DNA from: Chiloscyllium plagiosum
Taxonomy: Eukaryota
DNA: 56,515 bases
Assembly (NCBI RefSeq): GCF_004010195.1
Contig: NC_057756.1
Coordinates: 5,220,348-5,276,862, forward strand
Direction: 5' to 3'
A model generated the notes under the pieces. The model saw only the letters and a program-made list of their open reading frames with translations. It was not told where the DNA came from and did no database searches. The translations under genes and the position numbers were made by a program. Shown one piece after another: positions 48,750-56,515 of this stretch (position 1 is its first letter; each line of letters opens with the position of its first letter).

Positions 48750-50160
48750 GATGTGGAACAGACCTTATCTCAATACCGGGTGTACATGCGGTGCTGGGTG
48801 CCAACAGCAGCAGAAGTGTACTCCAGCACAATCTGTAACCTCATGGCCTGGCGTATCCCCCACTCAACCATTCCCATCTCGCCAGGGGATCAACGCAGGG
48901 TCAATGCAGAGTGCAGGAGGGCATGCCAGAGCAGCAACTGGGCACACCTGAAGTTCAGGTGCCAACCTGGTGAAGCTGCCAGACAGCAGAAGCAGCAAGT
49001 GATGGGCAGAGCTGAGTGATTCCCCCAACTAACGGATCCGATCGAAGCTCTGCAGTCCTGCCATATCCAGTCAGTAATGGTGGGGGGGGGAGTGGAGAAT
49101 TCCACAGCTGGCTGGAGGAGGAGGGTCCACAGACATCCCCATCCTCCCTGAAGGAAGAGCCCAGCCCACCGGGGAGAAAGATAAGGCTGAAGCTCCCGCA
49201 GCAATCTTCAGCCCAAAGTGTCGAGTGGATGATCCATCTCGGCCTCCTCCAGTGGGCCCCAGCATCACAGAGACCAGGCTTCACATTCACTCCACGTGAT
49301 ATCGAGAAACGGGTGGAGATACTGGACACTGGGAAGGCTACGGGCCCTGACAACACCCCGGCTGTAGTACTGAAGACCTGGGCTCCTGAACTTGCTGCCC
49401 TGGCCAAGCTGTTCCAGTTCAGTTCCAACCCTGGCATCCAACCGGCAGAGTGGAAAATTGCCCGGGTATGTCGTGTACATGAAAAGCAGGGCAAATCCGA
49501 CCCGGCCAATTACCCCCCCACCATCAGTCTACACTCGGTCATCAGTGAAGTGATGGAAGGTGACATTAACAGTGCTATCAAACAGCACCCGCTCAGCAAT
49601 AACCTGCTCAGTGACGCCCAGTTTGGGGTCCCCCAGGGTCACTCAGCTCCTGACCTCATTACAGCCTTGGCTCAAACATGGACAAAAGAGCGGAATTCCA
49701 GAGGGGAGGGGAGAGGGACAGCCCTTGGCATCAAGGCTGCATTCGGCCGAGAGTGGCATCACAGAGCCCTGGCCAAACTGGGATCAATGGGTATCAGGGG
49801 CACACTCTCTGCTGGTTGGAGTTATACCTGACGCACAGAGGGAGGTGGTCGGTGGAGGGTCAGTCACCTCAGCTTCAGGCCATCTCTGCAGGAGCTCCTC
49901 AGGGGAGTGTCCCAGGCCCAACCATCTCCAACTGCTTCATCAAAGACCTTCCCTCCATCATAAGGTCAGAGGTGGGGATGTTGGCTGAGGATTGCCCAGC
50001 GTTCAGCCCCATTCACGATGACTCAGGCACTGAAGCAGTCTGGGTCCAAATGCAACAAGATCTGGGCACTCTCCAGGCTTGGGCTGACAGGTGGCAGGTG
50101 GCAGTCTCACCACACAAAGGCCAGGCTGTGACTGTCACCAACAAGACACAATCTATACCT
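48750..50160 (+). mobile_element. CR1-clade LINE (second family), degenerate ORF2/RT
   Basis: LDTGKATGPDNTPAVVLKTWAPELA, NNLLSDAQFG, ALGIKAAFGREWH and GAPQGSVPGPTIS. An inverted 3' fragment follows at ~50400-50775. Confidence 0.9.
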
Positions 50161-51649
50161 GCTGCCCTTGTCCTTGTCGATGGGCACGTGTATTGCAGTT
50201 CCTTCAGTGTTGCTCAGTCCAAATCCTGGGATTCCCTCCCCAATAGCATTGGGGGTGTACCTCCCACTCGAGGTCTGTCGTGGTTGAGGAAGGCAGCTCC
50301 CCACCACCTCCTTCAGGGGCCACTCATGACTGGCAGCAAATGCTGGGCCCAGCCAGTGATGCCAATGTCCAACAGCGGCATTTCAAGAAAGTGGCATGGG
50401 TTTGCAAGGAGCAGTGGTCAATTTCTGCCAAGTGTTTTGTAGATGGGTACCCACTGCTGCTACTGAGCGTCGGTGTCGGAGGGAGGGGATGTTTGTGGGT
50501 GTGAGGCCAATCAAGCGGGGGCCTGCTTTGTCCCTGGATGGTGTTGAGCTTCTCGAGTGTTGATGAAGCTGCCCCCATCCAGGGGCAAGTGGGGAGTATT
50601 CCCTCACCCTCCTGACTTGTGCCTTGTCGGTGGTGAGACAGGAGGTGAGTGACTCGTTGCCGGATTCCCAGCCTTTGACCTGCTCTTGTAGCTGCTGGGG
50701 TGAGTCCAGTCTCTGATCAATGGTAGCGCCCAGGATGTTGTTGGTGGAGGATTCAGTGATGGTAACAGCATTGGGGTGACAGACCGGGAGGGCTGTTGGG
50801 TCTGCAGGGGTTGACAGAGACATGGAGGTTGTGGAAGGATTTGAAAGCCAGTTTGAAAATCTTAAAATGAGGTGCTTGCTTAAGTCAGAATCAATGCCAA
50901 GAGGACTGAGCGAGGCTGGTGGTGGTGGACAGGATTTAGTGGGACTTTGTGTGGACACAGCAGAGGTTTTAATGAGTTTGATGACTTTTCTCTCTGTAAA
51001 CATTCTCCCTCTGTGTCTCTCCAACTCCCTCTCCCCTTCTCTGTCTCTCATGCATCCTTGATCCAAGTCTCTCACCCTCATTTGCAGTCACACGTGCCCA
51101 CTGTCACACAGACACACGTGCTCACTCCTTGTCGCCACAACACACGCGTAATCACAGCGACACCGGCACTCTCATCTCCACATCCTTTCTTCACTTTCAC
51201 CATCCCTTTCTCTCACTCAGTCACAGACATGCTGTCAGGCTGTCTCTGGTGGAGGGTCGTGTGTGCCCTCGGTCCCTCACACACAGTGCCACATGTGCAG
51301 GCTATCACTCCCATACAGGGCAGTCACGGGTGCAAGTTGTTCACGTTGCAGGATTGATCAGCCAGAGGCTGAGACTCTTGAATTCCGAGTCACTAGTCAG
51401 CTCTCTCCAAGGCAATCAGCGTTCAAGTCGTGTCGTACATCTGAAATAAAAAGCCCCAGCTTGTGCTGGTGACTGTCAGCCTTGGCAAATAGTCTGGTAA
51501 ACCCTTCCAGTTAGCTCACATCCTTCAGAGCAAAATGTGTGTGAGTTGGCCATGTGTGTGTCACGTCACTGTGCTCGGTGGCGGAGCTGTGTTGAGCAAG
51601 GTGGGTGGCTGTCACCATCTCAGTGTGTAGCGGGGTGAATGGTAACTCT

Positions 51650-51855
51650 GTTGAAACTTTATTGCTGGAACAGCACAGCAGGTCAGGCAGCATCCAGGGA
51701 ACAGGAGATTCGACGTTTCGGGCACAGGCCCGAAGAAGGGCCTGTGCCCGAAACGTCGAATCTCCTGTTCCCTGGATGCTGCCTGACCTGCTGTGCTGTT
51801 CCAGCAATAAAGTTTCAACTTTGATCTCCAGCATCTGCAGACCTCACTTTCTCCC
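51650..51855. mobile_element. Fold-back Penelope family B insert: perfect 82-bp inverted repeat with 14-bp TSD
   Basis: Arms at 51650-51731 and 51738-51819, loop gaagaa, 36-nt one-sided tail. TSD tgaatggtaactct at 51636-51649 and 51856-51869. Confidence 0.93.
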
Positions 51856-51895
51856 TGAATGGTAACTCTACCGCCTGGGCTCCCGTGGGCTGTTT

Positions 51896-52303
51896 TTAGA
51901 CACAGAGTAAAGCTCCCTCTACACTGTCCCCCATCAAACACTCTCAGGGCAGGGACAGCACGGGGTTAGATACAGTGTAAAGCTCCCTCTACACTGTTCT
52001 CCATCAAACACTCCCAGGGACAGGGACAACACGGGGTTAGATACAGAGTAAAGCTCCCTCTACACTGTCCCCCCATCAAACACTCCCAGGACAGGGACAG
52101 CACAGGGTAAGATACAGAGTAAAGCTCCATCTACACTGTCTCCCATCAAACATTCCCAGGACAGGGACAGCACGGGGTTAGATACAGAGTAAAGCTCCCT
52201 CTACACTGTCCCCCATCAAACACTCCCAGGACACAGGGACAGCACAGGGGGACATACAGAGTAAAGCTCCCTCTACACTGTCCCACCATCAAACACTCCC
52301 AGG
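51896..52303. repeat. 70-bp tandem repeat running into a gap
   Basis: Same unit as 27153-28030. Confidence 0.93.
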
Positions 52304-52961
52304 NNNNNNNNNNNNNNNNNNNNNNNNNNNNNNNNNNNNNNNNNNNNNNNNNNNNNNNNNNNNNNNNNNNNNNNNNNNNNNNNNNNNNNNNNNNNNNNNN
52401 NNNNNNNNNNNNNNNNNNNNNNNNNNNNNNNNNNNNNNNNNNNNNNNNNNNNNNNNNNNNNNNNNNNNNNNNNNNNNNNNNNNNNNNNNNNNNNNNNNNN
52501 NNNNNNNNNNNNNNNNNNNNNNNNNNNNNNNNNNNNNNNNNNNNNNNNNNNNNNNNNNNNNNNNNNNNNNNNNNNNNNNNNNNNNNNNNNNNNNNNNNNN
52601 NNNNNNNNNNNNNNNNNNNNNNNNNNNNNNNNNNNNNNNNNNNNNNNNNNNNNNNNNNNNNNNNNNNNNNNNNNNNNNNNNNNNNNNNNNNNNNNNNNNN
52701 NNNNNNNNNNNNNNNNNNNNNNNNNNNNNNNNNNNNNNNNNNNNNNNNNNNNNNNNNNNNNNNNNNNNNNNNNNNNNNNNNNNNNNNNNNNNNNNNNNNN
52801 NNNNNNNNNNNNNNNNNNNNNNNNNNNNNNNNNNNNNNNNNNNNNNNNNNNNNNNNNNNNNNNNNNNNNNNNNNNNNNNNNNNNNNNNNNNNNNNNNNNN
52901 NNNNNNNNNNNNNNNNNNNNNNNNNNNNNNNNNNNNNNNNNNNNNNNNNNNNNNNNNNNNN

Positions 52962-53842
52962 GGCTGTACAGGTCATTGGTTAGGCCACTGTTGGAATATT
53001 GCGTGCAATTCTGGTCTCCTTCCTATCGGAAAGATGTTGTGAAACTTGAAAGGATTCAGAAAAGATTTACAAGGATGTTGCCAAGGTCGGAGGGTTTGAG
53101 CTGCAGGGAGAGGCTGAACAGGCTGGGGCTGTTTTCCCTGGACCTTGGAGACTGAGGGGTGACCTTAAACAGGCAGCACGATGGCTCAGTGGTTAGCACT
53201 GCTGCCTCACAGCGTCAGAGACATGGATTCAACTCCTGCCTCGGGCAACTGTCTGGTTGGAGTTTGCACAATCTCCCCGTGTCTGCGTGGGTTTCCTCTG
53301 GGTGCTCCGGTTTCCTCCCACAGTCCAAAGATGTGCAGGTTAGGGTGAATTGGCCATGCTAAATTGCCTGCAGTGTTAGGTGAAGGGGTAAATGTGCGGG
53401 AATGGGTCTGGGTGGGTTACTCTTCGGTGGGTCAGTGTGGGCTTGTTAGGCCGAGGGGCCTGTTTCCACACTGTAAGTAATCTAATCTAATCTTAAAGAG
53501 GTTTATAAAACCACGAGGGGCATGAATAGGGTGAGTTTGTGGGTGAGTCCAGAACTAGAGGGGCATAGGTTTAGGGCGAGAGAGGAAAGATATAAAAGGG
53601 ACCTAATGTGTAACTTTTTCCACACAGAGGGTGGTACGTGTATGGAATGAGCTGCCAGAGGAAGTGGTGGAGGCTGGTACAATTACAGCATTTAAAAGGC
53701 ATCTGGATGGGTATATGAATGGGAAGGGTTTGGAGGGATATGGGCCGGGTGCTAGCAGGTGGGACTAGGTTGGGTTGGGATATCTGGTCGGCACGGACGG
53801 GTTGGACCGAAGGGTCTGTTTCTGTGCTGTACATCTCTATAA
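52962..53842 (+). mobile_element. CR1 LINE 3' end with a nested full-length HE1-type SINE (53172-53492)
   Basis: CR1 sequence before and after the SINE. The SINE has a single copy of the unit that is arrayed elsewhere and ends in (taatc)n. Confidence 0.9.
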
Positions 53843-56129
53843 CTGAGACAGCACAGGGTTCGGGGAAGAGTAAAGCTCTCCTGTGTGTAATACCTGGCAT
53901 TGTTTGGATTCTGCTGTCCTGTGGGGCACTGATAAAGTTGCAGTCATCGATAGTCTCCATACTGTTTCACTTGGTCAGCCGTGGTAGTGTGCTGGGGATC
54001 AATCTATAGAACAAGGCTCCCTCAGGAGGCAGCGGATACAGTTGACATCAATCCCTTCAAATGGGATTGCTCTCGGGTCACTCCCTGAGGACGCAGTGTC
54101 TGCTGGCTGTGGTGGAGCAGCTCGCTTTTCACAGCCCCAGAGAGGCTTCCCCTCCTCTCCCAATCCTGATGGATTGAAATGGATTCACCAACAGCTACCT
54201 GGGTCAGAGGTCAGTCAAGATGGCTCTGTTGTCTTCTCTTGGGTACCAGTGTTTGCCTGCAATAGTGGTAGACTCGCCAACTTTCAGGGCATTTAAATGG
54301 TCATCGGATAGGCATATGGATAAAATGGATAGATCGGCCTCAGATTGGTTCCACAGGATGGCGCAACGTCGAGGGTTGAAGGGCCTGTACTGCGCTGGGA
54401 TGTTCCATGTTGTTCAAGCACCTCATTCAGAGCAGTGCTGTGCTGGCTTGTTGGAGGGGATTTGTCTTCTGTTGGGAGGGCAGGTGGTCTGTGTGGACCT
54501 GCTGTCGCCCCCTTCAGCTGCTGGAAGTGTGGGGGACGTCCCGACAGCTTCTGTGGCGAGAGCTGAGGGAGTTCTCCCCTGGCCTACCACGGCGACTGTT
54601 GATAGGCGGGGTTTGGGAGGGGGGTCTCTGGGACTTGCCGTGGGTGGAGAGATGAATGAAAACGATCAGTATAATTGGTGTATGAGTGACTCTGGGCAGT
54701 CTCGGGCCTTCCCCCCCCTGCTGCCAGCTCTTGGCTCTCTATCTTCCTTCCGCTGTTTGTGAGCAGTGGGTTACAGACTGTTCTCAACCAGCTCACACCA
54801 GCGAAACGCAAAAACAACGCTCGCGGGTACCGTTCCGTGTTTGGGCAGTACCTGCCGAACAGTCCCGAGTGCACCAATGGCCGCACCAATTGAAGTTGAT
54901 CAGTGTCTGTCTTGCAGATTGACAGAAGTGGATTCGGGTGGTTTATTCAGCAGCTCAGTGGGTTGCTGTGGGATTGGCCTCCTGTGGTTGGGTGCGTCCT
55001 GTACACTGTCTGGAAGTGACACACATTCACCCGTTGGAAACTGTTCTCTGCAGACAGAAGCAATGTGTTTGTCTCTCGGTTCTCGTGTTCCCCTTGGCTG
55101 TCTCCATGGCAATCTGAGCCCATCTGCCAACCAGGGCATGACCCTTCCTCCTGTGCTGGTGGGCAATTGTGGTACTCTTGTCAACTTTGGATATGGGGCA
55201 GCTTTGTTCCTCATGGGTGCAAGACACTAGAGTGGCAGGAGACTTAGAGCACTTGGTAAGGTGCCACACAGAAAGGTTAATGTGCCACGTACAATCACGT
55301 GGGGTTCAGGGTAATTTGGGTGGATGGATGGTTGGCTAACCAACAGAGAGTTGGGATAAATGGATCTTTTTGTGGTTGGCAAGGTGTGACTACCAGAGCA
55401 CCACAGGGTTCAGTCCTCAGACCCCAACGGTTGGATTTGAATTGAGGCACAGTGGAAAGCTTTGTCTTGTGAGCAATCCAGGCAGAGCACAGAGTTAATG
55501 AGCATAGATAGTAAATAATAGGGAAACAGCAGCAAACACAAAAACACAGGGACAGGTGAATGTTACCTCACACTTTTATACACACCGTTTGGCATTTCCT
55601 GACACCCAATGCGCCCCCCCACATGCCCTTTCCAGATTCCTCGTGTCCTCATAGAACACCAACAACAGCTACGTCAGAATCCCACTAATTGACTACAGTT
55701 CAGCCTTCAACACTATCTTCCCTCGAGACTGATTACTAAACTTAGTGATCTCGGACTAAGCCCCACTCTCTGCGAAAGGGCTATGGGGCGATTTGGAACT
55801 TAGTGCCTGAGAAGTAGAGGCTGAAGCTCCGACTAAACTGTACGTCACTGTGCACTAAAACTTAACCCCTGCCACTCTCCCCACATCTTCCTGTCAATGA
55901 TTTCAAATTCATACTCCCTCTCTCTCTGGTTATCAGCATCTCTGCTAAGAGGGGAGCAGGTCCTTCCTATCCACTCTTATCTCAGCCGCCCATTAGTTTA
56001 CAAACCTCGATGGGCCGAACAGCCTGCAGGGATTCTATGTCAGAGCTCAGGCTCCTCGTTTCGAAAGGAGCTGGGCCTGGGTGAAAGGAACAGAGTATAA
56101 TCCATCCAAGTCTACTGATGCTGCAGGAG

Positions 56130-56515
56130 AAATTGAATTGAATTGAATTTATTTATTGTCACGTGTCCCGAGACACAGTGGAAAGCTTTGTCTTGTGAGC
56201 AATACAGGTAGATCACCGAGTTAAGGAGCATCGATAGTAAATAATAGGTAAACAGCGGCAAAAACGAAAACACAGGGGCAGGTGAATGTTAAGAGTTTGT
56301 GAGTCCGTTCAGTATTCTAACAACAAGTGGGTAGAAACTGTTTTGAAACCGGCTGGTGTGTGTGTTCAGGTTTCTGTACCTTCTCCCCGATGGTAGAGGT
56401 TGTAGAAAAACATTACCAGGGTGGGATGGAGCTTTGAGAATGCCGGCGGCCTTTCCCTGACAGTGGGCCTGGTAGATGGATCCTATAGATGGGAGGTTGG
56501 CCTTTGTGATCGTCC
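56130..56515 (-). mobile_element. 3' end of a Rex1/Babar-like LINE
   Basis: Minus-strand AATAAA plus (caatt)n tail (aattgaattgaattgaatttatttattgtcac on +). Partial copy at 55435-55565. Confidence 0.6.

Overview
Vertebrate genomic DNA, most likely a shark: it carries HE1-type V-SINEs, CR1 LINEs and Penelope elements (species is inferred). It is repeat-dense and has eight assembly gaps (118-273, 9985-10896, 16153-16652, 23536-23846, 27424-27989, 39067-39389, 46012-46511, 52304-52961). The only host gene I can support is hormone-sensitive lipase (LIPE) on the minus strand. Three consecutive coding exons (40075-39563, 28419-28329, 18885-18740) have canonical, phase-compatible splice sites and encode about 250 aa of the HSL N-terminal domain. 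The exons for the catalytic domain are not visible. Most other sequence is decayed retroelements and minisatellites (about 30, 38, 42, 43, 44, 53 and 70 bp units). The most unusual signal is three Penelope-like families, each carrying a minimal hammerhead-ribozyme motif. One of them has produced apparently young ~130-260 bp non-coding inserts, mostly fold-back hairpins, four with 13-16 bp target-site duplications, whose breakpoints often fall in the ribozyme. Also notable are a CpG-rich promoter-like element next to a gap below LIPE exon 3, SINE-internal 53-bp arrays at six loci, and candidate DR1/PPAR elements around LIPE. Repeat-family names come from recognition, not from a database search, and repeat boundaries are approximate.
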